DNA of 64,000 nucleotides, from contig CAZUQM010000012.1 in assembly GCA_964622545.1 (NCBI GenBank), positions 92,054 through 156,053 of the forward strand, given 5' to 3'. The position numbers were made by a program, and so were the translations under genes. Of this stretch, positions 54,514 to 64,000 are shown one piece after another; position 1 is the first letter of the stretch, and the number at the start of each line of letters is the position of its first letter. Source of the stretch: an uncultured Planctomycetales bacterium (GTDB lineage: Bacteria > Planctomycetota > Phycisphaerae > UBA1845 > JAFGLZ01). The notes below the pieces were generated by a model, which saw only the letters and a list, made by a program, of their open reading frames with translations, was not told the origin of the DNA and searched no databases.

Positions 54514-57057
54514 CTATGCGCGGGGATGCTGTCCTGCCCGTCGCAAGATGGAGCGGCTCGCGATGGGAACCGGCTGAGCGACGGCGCGGTCCATCGAGTC
54601 GACCTCCTGTCGGGGCACCCATCCGAGAACGGCCTCCGCAAACACGGCCCAGGTGTACGCGGCCAGCGCGATGACATAGGCGGCCACGCCCGTCCAATAG
54701 GCCGCTGCGATGCCAGCGTACAGGGCGATGGTGATGGCCAAGACCGACGCGCAGACCGACGTCGCTCCGTTGATGCCCCATAGCCAGGGCGTCAAGGCAG
54801 CGTTCCAGGAACTTGCCAGCCGCATGCCGATCGGGAACGCCATGCCCATGAAGAAGCCCAGCGGGGCGAGGACGCCGATCGCCACAAGGATTCGCACGGG
54901 CGTGATCGCCGCGGCAAAGTTGGCTAAGAGCTGAGGTGTCGCGGCGCCGAATCCGATCAGGAGGCCGACAAGCAGCACCATGTGCACGCAGGCGGAGGCC
55001 GAAACGTTCGACCGTACCAGGTGCTGCGTCCAGAGGCTGCCGAGTCCGCTGGCCAGCAGCACGGTCAGCAGGACGACGGTCAGGCTGTAGGTGGGGTGGC
55101 CGAGAAAGACGACCAGACGCTGCATCTGTGAGATCTCGATGAGCAGGAACCCCAGCCCGATGCCGCCGAAGAAGACCGCCAGCGGCAAGGCTCGCGGGAC
55201 ATCGACCCGGAGCCGGGCGTACCGCAGGGGCAGCACGATACAGAGCAAGGTCATGACGGTCACGACGATCAGGCATCCGCCCAGGACGTAGGCGGCCGTG
55301 AGGTTATAGTCCCAGGTGCTCTGCGTCAGGGCCAGCTTGCTCAGGAGGCTCTTGGGCTTGAGCATGTGGAAGAAGAAGGGGCAGTCGTCGGTGGGTGCCT
55401 CGATGTCCAGCGGATACGCGGCCACGAAGCGATCGGCCTGCTGAAAGGACGTGACCGTGGCCAGATCGGGCTCGGCGGCGGATTGGGGCGTCAGAGTCAC
55501 CGGCCAGTCCATGCGCGCCGCGACGTCGCCGATCGTCGCGATGTCTTGCCGCGAGAAGGGCTGACGCGAGACCAGCAGCGTGGCCAGTCCGACGGGCAGG
55601 CCCCACTTCATGTCGGGTCGCTGCTGGACCAGGATGAGATGGTCCCGGGGGCGGTCGACGCCCAGCTCCCCGAGCGAGACGGTCGCTAGGCGCAGCAGAC
55701 GATAGACCTCGGCGGGACTGTCGCGGAAGTACCATCGCGACACGGTCATGACGCCCGAATCGGCGAGGTGCTCGAGGAACGTCCTCCAGGCCTCGACCGT
55801 GTAGAGGGTGCTCTCGGTCAGGACATAGGCGCCGGCGGCGGTCGCCGCGGCCGTGTCGATGAGCGATACCTGAAGGATGTCGTAGCGGTCTTTCTGCCGC
55901 GTGATGAAGCTGCGTGCCTCGTCGTTGACGATGGTGACCTTGGGATGCTCGCCGAGGTGTCCCGTGAAGTCGCCGAAGGTCTCGGTGACGACGTCCACGA
56001 TGTTCTGATTGATCTCCACGCCGGTGACGGAGGCTTGATCGAAGAGCAGGGCGGAGAGGACGTCTCGCCCGCCGCCGGCCCCGACGACCAGGACGCGGGC
56101 ATCCTGCCGGATGTAGTGCGCAAGGTTCGTCAGGTCATAACGGAGGTGCTGGAGGTTGTCGAAGCTGCCGTCGAAGGCGGTGAGCACCGTGCCGGCGCCG
56201 GCATCGATGTTCAGGTTGAGCTGCCGGACCTTGTGATGCTCGGGCAGCTTGTCGCTCAGGCCCCAGCCGAAGGGCTTGCGTGGCTCGTCGGGGTTGCCTC
56301 GGACCGCCACGCGCGAGAACGAGTTCCACGACTCGTGTCGCGGAGGATACTCCATCTTGCCCTTGACCCACGTCAGCCGGATCAGCCCCGACTGGTGATG
56401 CACGAGGATCGTGTTGCCGACGCAGAAGGCCGCGAGCAAGGCCGTAAGGACCTTGGCGGCTCGTAGGAGGCGGGTCTGGCCGGCCTCGTAAGCGAAGGCG
56501 ACACCGGCGGCACAGGCCAAGAGCGCCACGACGAACACCGCGGTGGGCCCGTCGGTCCACCGGAGGGTGGCCACGAGGACCAGGCATCCGACGGCAGCCC
56601 CGGCCAGATCGGCCGCGTAGAGCCTGCCGATCGGCGCCGCCAGCTTCGTCAGCGCCAGACAGACGCCGATGCCGCTGCACACGAAAGGCACGGCGATGAC
56701 GGCGTAGGTCACGAAGAGCGCCCAGATGCCGACGGCAGACGTGATCATGCTGTCTGCGGGGACGGGCACGGAGAGGTGCGTCATGAAGCTGACGACGACG
56801 GAAGCCCCGAAAAGCAGCGACGTCAGGGCGAGCAGCTTGGGTGTTCGTTCCGGGGTGAAGGTCGCCGGCCTCAGATAGACGATCAACGCCCCGACCGTCA
56901 TGCCGAACATGGCGAGGGAGATGGCCATGAAGGCGAAGTGGTACCACATGGTGACGCTGAAGATCCTAGTCAGCAGGATCTCGTACATCAACGTGGCCAA
57001 CGTGAGCAGGAACAGGCCTAGGTACGACCGGCCGGTCGGCTCGGGTGTGACGGGCAT
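54514..57057 (-). CDS. fused polytopic membrane / spermidine-synthase-like (SAM-dependent) protein
   Basis: ORF 54514..57180 with likely start ATG 57057. N-terminal TM bundle YEILLTRIFSVTMWYHFAFMAISLAMFG, central VLVVGAGGGRDVLSAL...GVEIN Rossmann/aminopropyltransferase-like domain, and a C-terminal TM bundle. Confidence 0.75.
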   Translation of the reverse strand: MPVTPEPTGRSYLGLFLLTLATLMYEILLTRIFSVTMWYHFAFMAISLAMFGMTVGALIVYLRPATFTPERTPKLLALTSLLFGASVVVSFMTHLSVPVPADSMITSAVGIWALFVTYAVIAVPFVCSGIGVCLALTKLAAPIGRLYAADLAGAAVGCLVLVATLRWTDGPTAVFVVALLACAAGVAFAYEAGQTRLLRAAKVLTALLAAFCVGNTILVHHQSGLIRLTWVKGKMEYPPRHESWNSFSRVAVRGNPDEPRKPFGWGLSDKLPEHHKVRQLNLNIDAGAGTVLTAFDGSFDNLQHLRYDLTNLAHYIRQDARVLVVGAGGGRDVLSALLFDQASVTGVEINQNIVDVVTETFGDFTGHLGEHPKVTIVNDEARSFITRQKDRYDILQVSLIDTAAATAAGAYVLTESTLYTVEAWRTFLEHLADSGVMTVSRWYFRDSPAEVYRLLRLATVSLGELGVDRPRDHLILVQQRPDMKWGLPVGLATLLVSRQPFSRQDIATIGDVAARMDWPVTLTPQSAAEPDLATVTSFQQADRFVAAYPLDIEAPTDDCPFFFHMLKPKSLLSKLALTQSTWDYNLTAAYVLGGCLIVVTVMTLLCIVLPLRYARLRVDVPRALPLAVFFGGIGLGFLLIEISQMQRLVVFLGHPTYSLTVVLLTVLLASGLGSLWTQHLVRSNVSASACVHMVLLVGLLIGFGAATPQLLANFAAAITPVRILVAIGVLAPLGFFMGMAFPIGMRLASSWNAALTPWLWGINGATSVCASVLAITIALYAGIAAAYWTGVAAYVIALAAYTWAVFAEAVLGWVPRQEVDSMDRAVAQPVPIASRSILRRAGQHPRA

Positions 57058-57499
57058 GTTGGCACTCGCTTCAACTGGATGATACAGGTCCCTGCTAATC
57101 GCCCGGCCGAGCGCCTCTTCCGTGAGTGGCGTGAGCGAACGTGGTGTGGCGTCCCCCGGGTTGCCCCGACCGGAGCCCACCCGCGGTAGGACACCGGCCT
57201 AGTGTCTTATCGACGGGCAAAGCTGGCCGGTGCAGTTCCGTGGCGAGGTGCCCGACGCCGGGTGTGTGTACCTCACCGAGAACACCAGTGAAGAGGGCCT
57301 TGCGTTTATCGGTCCGCGAGATGGATGTGAGTGGGTCCGCTAACGGAGGGCCTCATACGGAGACGAGGCGGCACTCGGTTACAAGTTCTGACGTCCCCCA
57401 CACCAGGAGAGCAATCGCAAGCGTGTATACTTGTCGGATGGGCCGGGGCGGACGCGTACCACGGCGCAGGGGATAACGGACCGTACCTTCCAAGGGCGT

Positions 57500-59404
57500 A
57501 TGGAGTCGTTCATGAATCGCGTTGTTGTCGTTGTCGTATTGGGTATGAGCCACGGTGTGGCTGGGACCGAATCGACCGGTGGCCGATCGGCCTACCCGCA
57601 GGGGCCGGCACGCGAGCGCCTCATCTCCGGGTTGAACGCAACCGCCGAACGGTTCAGCCCCGAGATGAGCCTGCTTCGCGTGGGTCGCGTGGGGACCAGC
57701 GACTACACCAAGCTGGACGGGCAAAGCGCCCACAGCGTCCGTGCGTCGATCGGCTATGCCCGCCTTCTGCTGGAGGCCAACGCCGAGCCGTACCGCAGCC
57801 GCGCCGTGGAGGTCATCCGCAAGGTGCTGAGCCTGCAGGATGACGACAAGTGGTCCCTGACCTACGGCGTGTGGCCGTACTATGCCGAAGAGCCGCTGGG
57901 CAAGATGTTCATGGCCGACTTCAACTGGGCGGGCTTTATCGGCAAGGAATTGCTGTTCATCCTCATCCACCAGAAGGAGCAGTTGCCGCCGGATGTGCTG
58001 GACCAGCTGAAGCGGGCCATCCGCCGCGCGTGCGAGAGCATGAAACGGCGCCCCCTGCACATGGGCTACACCAACATCGCCTCGATGAACAGCTACACAT
58101 TGGTCACGGCCGGCGAGCGGCTCGAAGACGAGAAGCTCCTGGCGCACGGACGACACCTGTTCAACAAGTGGTACGACTACACGATGCGGCAGGGGTCTTT
58201 CACCGAGTTCAACAGCCCGACGTACACGCGGGTCGCCCAGGGCATGACCTCGCGGATGCTCGCACACTTCCAGGACGACGGTCTTCGCGCCAAGGCTGAA
58301 GAGCTCAACGACCTGCTGTGGCTGCACATGGCCAGGCGGTTCCACGAACCGACCCGCCAGTGGGCCGGACCGCACAGCCGCGCGTATCGCGATCTCCGCC
58401 GCGGTGGGTTCACGCACCGGATCCGCCATGCCCTGGACGACACCGTGACGTTCGGCGCGACCGACCCCATCGAAGACGACGTGTCCGACTGGCGTTGTCC
58501 CGACCGGGCTCCGGCGTGGCTGGCCGGGTACTTCCACCCGCTGACCGCGCCCCGGCAGGAGGTGGAGGTCTTCCTGCGACAGGGCGAGATGATGCCCAAC
58601 GGGCTCGGCAATCGGAGTTCCCGGTTCACGCGGCTGCCGATCGTCGGCACGACGTATCTGCATCCCGACTTCGCCCTTGGGACGGTGAACCTCTGCGACT
58701 CCTGGGAGCAACACCGCAATCTGATGGCCCATTGGGGCACGTCCCAAGACCCTACATACATGACGCTGCGCTGCGTCAACGGTGGGCACGGGTTCTGCTC
58801 GGCGATGTTCGCCAGTGTGCAGGACAAGGGCCGGGCGTTGGTGGGGGTCACGTTGATAACCGACCATGGCAACCGCTACATCGATCTCGATCGTCTCCGA
58901 GGCGGCCGGTTCAAGACCCGCCGTCTTGCGGTGGAGTTCGAGGTGGGCGGGGCGCTGAAGGACGTCGAAGCGCCTCGGCGGTTCTCGCTCGGCGTGCCGC
59001 TGGTGTTGACGGATCGCGGGCGTCGTATCGAGGTGCGGTGGCTCGGCGGGGGCCTGGCCGGGATCGAGCCGCAAGGCTTTCTCCACAAGAATCGACGCCG
59101 CATGGTCTTCGGTGTCGAGCTGTACCGCGGTGCGGAAAGGACGTTCAACGTGCGGGTGATGGACGAGGCGTTCGCGATGGTTGCGGTGTCCGTCACCGGC
59201 CAGGGCGACGCCGGCGCGAGCATCCCGATCGCCACACCGGCGCCCGACCGTCGCAAGGCGACATGGGGCCCCCTCGCTCTCGAGATCCCCACGACACCGC
59301 TGACGCTCAACGAGCTGCAGGAGGCGCTGGTCGCGACCGTAGACGGGCAGCCGGCCTGGGAGCGTGCGAGGAGCCTCCTGGCGCTGCGCGAGGCGAATCG
59401 CTAG
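57500..59404 (+). CDS. hypothetical secreted protein (possibly alpha/alpha-toroid, heparinase/alginate-lyase-like)
   Basis: ORF 57431..59404. ATG 57500 or 57512 gives the signal-like NRVVVVVVLGMSHGVAG. No firm family assignment; the helical N-terminal half carries W/Y-rich repeats. Confidence 0.55.
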   Translation: MESFMNRVVVVVVLGMSHGVAGTESTGGRSAYPQGPARERLISGLNATAERFSPEMSLLRVGRVGTSDYTKLDGQSAHSVRASIGYARLLLEANAEPYRSRAVEVIRKVLSLQDDDKWSLTYGVWPYYAEEPLGKMFMADFNWAGFIGKELLFILIHQKEQLPPDVLDQLKRAIRRACESMKRRPLHMGYTNIASMNSYTLVTAGERLEDEKLLAHGRHLFNKWYDYTMRQGSFTEFNSPTYTRVAQGMTSRMLAHFQDDGLRAKAEELNDLLWLHMARRFHEPTRQWAGPHSRAYRDLRRGGFTHRIRHALDDTVTFGATDPIEDDVSDWRCPDRAPAWLAGYFHPLTAPRQEVEVFLRQGEMMPNGLGNRSSRFTRLPIVGTTYLHPDFALGTVNLCDSWEQHRNLMAHWGTSQDPTYMTLRCVNGGHGFCSAMFASVQDKGRALVGVTLITDHGNRYIDLDRLRGGRFKTRRLAVEFEVGGALKDVEAPRRFSLGVPLVLTDRGRRIEVRWLGGGLAGIEPQGFLHKNRRRMVFGVELYRGAERTFNVRVMDEAFAMVAVSVTGQGDAGASIPIATPAPDRRKATWGPLALEIPTTPLTLNELQEALVATVDGQPAWERARSLLALREANR

Positions 59405-59439
59405 CTGGTGACGAATGGGGGCGAGCGGGCGGCGGTCTT

Positions 59440-61407
59440 CTAGACGGGGTCCTCGTGTCGCATCAGCTTGCACTCGGGCAGCGACTCGAGGAACGCCCGT
59501 CCATACGGCTTCGTGACGACGCGGCGGTCGAGGACGACGACGATGCCGCGGTCCTCCTGCGTGCGGATGAGCCGGCCGAACCCCTGTTTGAACTTGAGAA
59601 TCGCCTGCGGCACCTGGTAGTCCATGAACGGATTGCCGCCTTCCTGTCGTATCTTCTCGAGCCTGGCCTGGATGACGGGTCGGTCGGGCACGGCGAAGGG
59701 GAGCTTGACGATGATGACGTTGCTGAGGGCCTCGCCCGGGACGTCCACGCCCTGCCAGAAGCTGTCGGTGCCGAAGATGACGCTGCCGACGTGCTTGCGG
59801 AAACGCTCGAGCATGAGGTTGCGCGGCATCGCATGCCCCTGGATCATCAGCTCGATGCCCAGGCGCTGAAGCACCGGTTCGAGCTCGGCGCCCACGCGAT
59901 CCATCATCTGATAGCTGGTAAAGAGCACGAACGCGCGTCCCTCGGTCTTGCGGATGTACCTCTCGATGGCCCGGCACGCAGCGGACTCGAAGGCGGCGGT
60001 CTGACTCGGCTCGGGCATGCCCGCCTCCACGTGGATGGTGACCTGTTCGGGGTAGTTGAACGGTGAGCCGAGCTTGAGCGTGCGGACGTCGTCGTCGGTC
60101 AGGCCGAGGCGCTGACGCGTGAAGTCGAAGCTGTCCTCCGTGCCGATGCAGAGGGTCGCGCTGGTCAACACGGTGCTGTCCACGCGATCGAACAGCGTGT
60201 CGCGAATGTGCGGCCCGACATGCACCGGACACGCACGGAGCGTGCGCGAGGCGCGGCGGCCCTTGGACGTCTCGAGCCAGTACACGTGGTCCGACCAGGT
60301 CTGCTCAACGAGATGCCCGAGCGCCTCGGCCAGAGCGCCAACCCTCTGCATGTAGCTGTGCAGCTCGAACCGGTCGTCCTCGTCGTGGGCCTTGGCGCAC
60401 GCGTTGCGCAGGGCCTTCTGCAGGTTGACCAGCCCCGGCGTCAGCGTGTTGGGGACCGGCTCGGCACGGAGCAGTCGGCCGTTCGGCGAGCCTTGGTCCT
60501 CCTGCCAGGCGGCAAGCTGCTCGAAGAAGCCCTCAGCGAGCCGACGGGTGTCGTTGGCGGCCTTGATGGAGGCCTTGGTGCCGACGGCCTGGAGCAGGCC
60601 CTTGCCGGTCCGCTCGTTGAACAGGCCGTTGAGCAGGAAACGCACCTGGGTGTCGCTCAGCGAGAGCCCGAAGTGCGTGCTCGCGGCCTCCTCGAAGGTG
60701 TGCGCCTCGTCGATGATCACGAGGCGGCAATCGGGCAGCATCGAGGCGCTGCCGCCGTCGCGCCGCAGGGCCAAGTCGCTGAGCAGGAGGGCGTGGTTCA
60801 CGACGAGCAGGTCGGCATGGAGCATGCGTCGCCGGGCCCGCTGGTAGAAGCAGCGTTCGTGATAGGCGCAGCGGTGGCCTTTGCAGTTGCCGTGCTCGCT
60901 TCGGATGCGGTCCCAGATGGCGGGCTTGGGCTGCTGGGGCAGGTCGCTGAGTGAGCCGTCGGTCGTGCGGTAGGCCCAGTCCTCGATCCGCCAGAGCTCG
61001 TCGAGGTCGGCCTGCTCGCTGAAGATGTCGTCCTGCCGCTTGCTGACGCGCTCCAGCCGCCGCAGGCAGAGGTAGTTGTTGCGGCCCTTGACGAGCACCG
61101 AGGTGAACTCGTCGGGCAGCACGGCATTAAGGAAGGGGATGTCCTTGTCGATGAGCTGCTCTTGCAGGGCGATCGTGAAGGTGCTGATGAGGACCTTGCG
61201 GTGCTGGTCGATGACCTGCCCGATCGCGGGCAGCAGGTACGCGAAGCTCTTGCCCACGCCGGTGCCGGCCTCGACGAGGAGATGATGCCCGGTCTGGAAG
61301 GCGTCGGCGGTCGCCGAGGCCATCTCGAGCTGCTGCGGACGGATCTCATAGCCGGCCAGACGGCGGGCGACGGCACCTTCCGGGCTGAGCAGTGCGGCGA
61401 TTTCCAT
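59440..61407 (-). CDS. dinG: ATP-dependent DNA helicase, DinG/XPD (Rad3) family with Fe-S cluster
   Basis: Walker A EAGTGVGKSFAYLLPA and DEAH-like IIDEAH are present. Four Cys residues (NNYLC...HGNCKGHRCAYHERC) form an Fe-S domain. C-terminal helicase motifs are FGTDSFWQGVDVPG and GRLIRTQEDRG. Confidence 0.88.
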   Translation of the reverse strand: MEIAALLSPEGAVARRLAGYEIRPQQLEMASATADAFQTGHHLLVEAGTGVGKSFAYLLPAIGQVIDQHRKVLISTFTIALQEQLIDKDIPFLNAVLPDEFTSVLVKGRNNYLCLRRLERVSKRQDDIFSEQADLDELWRIEDWAYRTTDGSLSDLPQQPKPAIWDRIRSEHGNCKGHRCAYHERCFYQRARRRMLHADLLVVNHALLLSDLALRRDGGSASMLPDCRLVIIDEAHTFEEAASTHFGLSLSDTQVRFLLNGLFNERTGKGLLQAVGTKASIKAANDTRRLAEGFFEQLAAWQEDQGSPNGRLLRAEPVPNTLTPGLVNLQKALRNACAKAHDEDDRFELHSYMQRVGALAEALGHLVEQTWSDHVYWLETSKGRRASRTLRACPVHVGPHIRDTLFDRVDSTVLTSATLCIGTEDSFDFTRQRLGLTDDDVRTLKLGSPFNYPEQVTIHVEAGMPEPSQTAAFESAACRAIERYIRKTEGRAFVLFTSYQMMDRVGAELEPVLQRLGIELMIQGHAMPRNLMLERFRKHVGSVIFGTDSFWQGVDVPGEALSNVIIVKLPFAVPDRPVIQARLEKIRQEGGNPFMDYQVPQAILKFKQGFGRLIRTQEDRGIVVVLDRRVVTKPYGRAFLESLPECKLMRHEDPV

Positions 61408-61449
61408 CTGAGTGCACCGTGGGCGTCACGCGTCGCAGGCGGACCGGGC

Positions 61450-61869
61450 CTACTGGCGCAACGCCCGGATGAAGTCCAACGTAAACGAGAGCGTCCCCAC
61501 GAACGTCAGAAACGTGATCAGGGTAATGAGCACGGTCACGAAGGTGTGGCCGCTGATGAGGCCCTCCTTCATGGTGGCGATGATGTAGGGTCGCGCGAGG
61601 ATCATGTTGCAGACGAGCACGGCCGCGATCGACGGCCAGATCGAGATCGAATGAATGTAGCTGTAGATCCACAGCGCGCGGCTGACGGGCCGCTCCAGGC
61701 CGGTCGTGCCGTGGAGGAAGTGCCCGCGCACGTAGTAGACCCCGTCGCGGATCTCGCCGTTGTGGGCGTCACCCCCGATGAGATGGTACGCCACGGCGTA
61801 GGCGATGAAGTTCGCCACGCCGAGGGCGATGATCCAGATCAGGACTCGATTGCGCGTGCGATGCGTCAT
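61450..61869 (-). CDS. small hypothetical membrane protein
   Basis: ATG 61869 within ORF 61450..62010 gives 139 aa with 3-4 TM helices (RVLIWIIALGVANFIAYAVAY, SIWPSIAAVLVCNMILA, TFVTVLITLITFLTFVGTL). Confidence 0.5.
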   Translation of the reverse strand: MTHRTRNRVLIWIIALGVANFIAYAVAYHLIGGDAHNGEIRDGVYYVRGHFLHGTTGLERPVSRALWIYSYIHSISIWPSIAAVLVCNMILARPYIIATMKEGLISGHTFVTVLITLITFLTFVGTLSFTLDFIRALRQ

Positions 61870-62063
61870 GGGCGATGCGGTGGCCCCGTGGGGTACGGTC
61901 CGGGTTGCGGCGTTCGGGACGTTCTCGAAAAGACCCACCTTGTCATCAAGTCGATCGGCTGCGTCCGGCACATGCTGGGGCGAGGCACTCGGCACACCCC
62001 ATGGCTGCAATTCTATGGAACGGATACGCGGCGGTTCAAGCCGACCGCGCGACCAACGGTCTA

Positions 62064-63177
62064 CTAGCCGACACGGGCCGCGGCCCGGCGGCGGAGCTCG
62101 GCCTCGATGAACGGTTGGAGGTCACCGTCGAGCACCTGGTCGGCGTTGGTCATCTCCACGCCGGTGCGGTTGTCCTTGACGCGCTGCGTCGGATGCAGCC
62201 AGTAGGTGCGGATCTGACCCCCGAAGGCGATCTCGCCCTTCTCATCGTAGAGGGCCGCCAGGGCGGCGTCGCGCTGCTGCTCCTCACGCCGGATGAGCCG
62301 CGAGACGAGCATCTTGCGGGCCAGGGCGCGGTTCTTGTGCTGCGAGCGCTCGTTCTGGCACTGCACGACGATGCCGCTCGGCTCGTGCGTGAGCCGGATG
62401 GCCGAGCTCGTCTTGTTCACGTGTTGCCCGCCCGCCCCGCTGGCGCGATACGTGTCCTCGCGGACGTCGGCGTCCCAGTCGATGTCGATCTGGATGTCGG
62501 CTTGCTCCGGCAGGACGTCGACGGCGGCGAAGCTCGTGTGGCGGCGATGGCTCGAGTCGAAGGGGCTCAGCCGAATGAGCCGATGGACCCCGATCTCGCA
62601 CGAGAGGTAGCCGTAGGCGTAGGGCCCCTTGACGAGGAACTCGACGGATTGAATGCCGGCCTCCTCGCCGTCCTTGAGGGTCAACTCCTCGGGCGTGTAG
62701 CCGGTTCGCTCAAAGTAGCGGAGGTACATACGCATGAGCATCTCGGCCCAGTCCTGGCTTTCGGTGCCTCCGGCGCCGGCCTGGATCTTGAAGTAGCAGT
62801 TCCCGGCGTCCTGCGGTCGCGACAGCAGGGCCATCAGCTCGATGCGGTCGAGCTGCTTGGCCAGATCCGGCAGAGCCGCAGCCACCTCCTCGACGGCCGA
62901 GGCGTCCTCCTCCTCACCGGCGAGGTCCATGAGGACCTGCATGTCCTCGATACGGTCGGAGAGCTCCTGGATCGGATCCACCGTGGCCTTGAGGGCCTTG
63001 AGCTCCATCACGACCGATTCGGCGGCGGCGCGGTCGTCCCAGAAGTCGGGCGCTGCCATCTTTCGGTTCAGTTCGTCGAGTCGCTTGGACTTGGTCGGCA
63101 GGTCAAAGGGAGTCCCGGATGGCTACGATCCGGGCCGACAGGTCTTGCAGGACGTCCCCAGGGTTGACATCGGACAT
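62064..63177 (-). CDS. prfB: peptide chain release factor 2, requires programmed +1 frameshift
   Basis: Frame 0 runs from ATG 63177 for 24 codons (MSDVNPGDVLQDLSARIVAIRDSL) to CTT TGA C at 63108-63102. The +1 frame continues DLPTKSKRLDELNRKMAAPDFWDD..., with the RF2-specific SPF (RLSPFDS) and GGQ (SGAGGQHVNK) motifs, down to the stop at 62064. Confidence 0.92.
63102..63108 (-). promoter_or_regulatory. RF2 autoregulatory +1 frameshift site CUU UGA C
   Basis: Read directly on the minus strand: ATC CGG GAC TCC CTT TGA CC. A GGGAC Shine-Dalgarno-like element lies 3 nt upstream of CTT. Confidence 0.85.
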
Positions 63178-63300
63178 AGGGCGGTTCCTTAAACCAGAGG
63201 GTGACACCCAGACTATATCCCATGCCGCGGCCGCGGGCAAGGCGACGAGACCGCCCGCGATACGTTGACAACCTGCGGGCCCAGCAGCTAGGTGTATGGT

Positions 63301-64000
63301 ATGAGGAAACGCATCGCGATCTATCTCGTGGTCGGCCTGACCCTGGTGGCGGTGGCCTGGGTCGTCCGGGACCGCATGGTGACGCAGCGGACGGCCGGTC
63401 CCATGCTCCAGGCCGTCACCGAGGACGGCTTCACCGTGGTCTGGCAGGTGAACAAGTCCGGCAGCGGCGAGCTGCACCTGCTGGAGGGCGAGACGGTCGT
63501 CCGGAAGGTGCCTGCCCGGTTCGAGCACGGGCGGTTCGTCGCTCGGGTCGACGACCTGAAGCCCGGCCAGACGTGCCGATACCGCGTCGCCCTGAAGCAG
63601 GTGGGATCGACCTTCGTCTTCGACGAGGCGTGGACCGCTCGGACCAGGCCGGGCCGCGAGAGCGACATCCGTTTCATCGCGTTCGGGGATTCCGGCACGG
63701 GTGGAGGCGGGCAGTATCGCCTGGGCGAGGAGATCGCCAAGGAGAAGCCCGAGTTGATGATCCACACCGGAGACCTCGTCTACCCGGACGGCGAGCGGGA
63801 TGACTACGTGGGCCACTTCTTCCGGCCCTACGCGGACCTCTTGCCGTCGGCGATGTTCATGCCGAGCGTAGGTAACCACGACGACAACACCGAGGAGGCC
63901 GCTCCGCTGCTCCGCGTCTTTGAGCTACCCGAGAACGGCCCCGAGGGCACCGACCCGGAACGGCATTACTGGTTCGACTGGGGCCGGGCCAGGTTCGTCG
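63301..64000 (+). CDS. metallophosphoesterase (calcineurin-like / purple-acid-phosphatase-like), 5-prime part, runs off window end
   Basis: Own translation from ATG 63301: MRKRIAIYLVVGLTLVAVAWV (TM/signal)...IRFIAFGDSGTGG...LMIHTGDLVYPDG...MPSVGNHD. These are the metallophosphatase motifs GDxG, GDxxY and GNHD. It is not in the ORF track because there is no stop in the window. Confidence 0.75.
   Translation, partial: MRKRIAIYLVVGLTLVAVAWVVRDRMVTQRTAGPMLQAVTEDGFTVVWQVNKSGSGELHLLEGETVVRKVPARFEHGRFVARVDDLKPGQTCRYRVALKQVGSTFVFDEAWTARTRPGRESDIRFIAFGDSGTGGGGQYRLGEEIAKEKPELMIHTGDLVYPDGERDDYVGHFFRPYADLLPSAMFMPSVGNHDDNTEEAAPLLRVFELPENGPEGTDPERHYWFDWGRARFV

Noticed and set aside
63103-63879. 258-aa minus-strand ORF upstream of prfB
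   Set aside because: Only its last 24 codons (from ATG 63177) are real, as the frame-0 leader of prfB. The remainder overlaps the well-supported plus-strand metallophosphoesterase gene and is Arg-rich.

Overview
GC-rich bacterial chromosomal segment. Hand counts of coding rows give about two-thirds G+C. The gene content suggests a Planctomycetota/Verrucomicrobiota-like organism, but this is inference only: PEP-CTERM proteins, REC-HDOD regulators, Gfo/Idh/MocA and xylose-isomerase-like enzymes, and a fused membrane/spermidine-synthase-like protein. No searches could be run, so all calls rest on motif recognition in the supplied ORF translations and on my own reading of the DNA. Most of the window is ordinary: ispG, rpmA-obg, aconitase, glpK, prfB with its +1 frameshift, a dinG-like helicase, a Na/Pi transporter with PhoU, an ABC transporter, a multi-PAS histidine kinase with two response regulators, and an exopolysaccharide/PEP-CTERM locus. 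The unusual region is 23.8-28.3 kb. Just downstream of tRNA-Arg(ACG) lies a single-chain MmeI-family (Type IIL) restriction-modification gene. It is flanked upstream and interrupted twice by clusters of a composite palindromic repeat (GTAG plus hairpin, REP-like). The larger interruption (852 nt) carries a complete HUH/Y1 REP-associated tyrosine transposase (RAYT) module with no start or stop codon of its own. All intragenic repeat clusters sit in the only forward frame of the repeat that lacks stop codons, and every insertion length is a multiple of three. One open frame therefore runs through nuclease, methyltransferase N-half, REP, RAYT, REP, catalytic NPPF, target-recognition domain, REP and C-terminus. 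I rank this as the top finding. Many long antisense or out-of-frame ORFs in the track are high-GC artefacts and are not reported.
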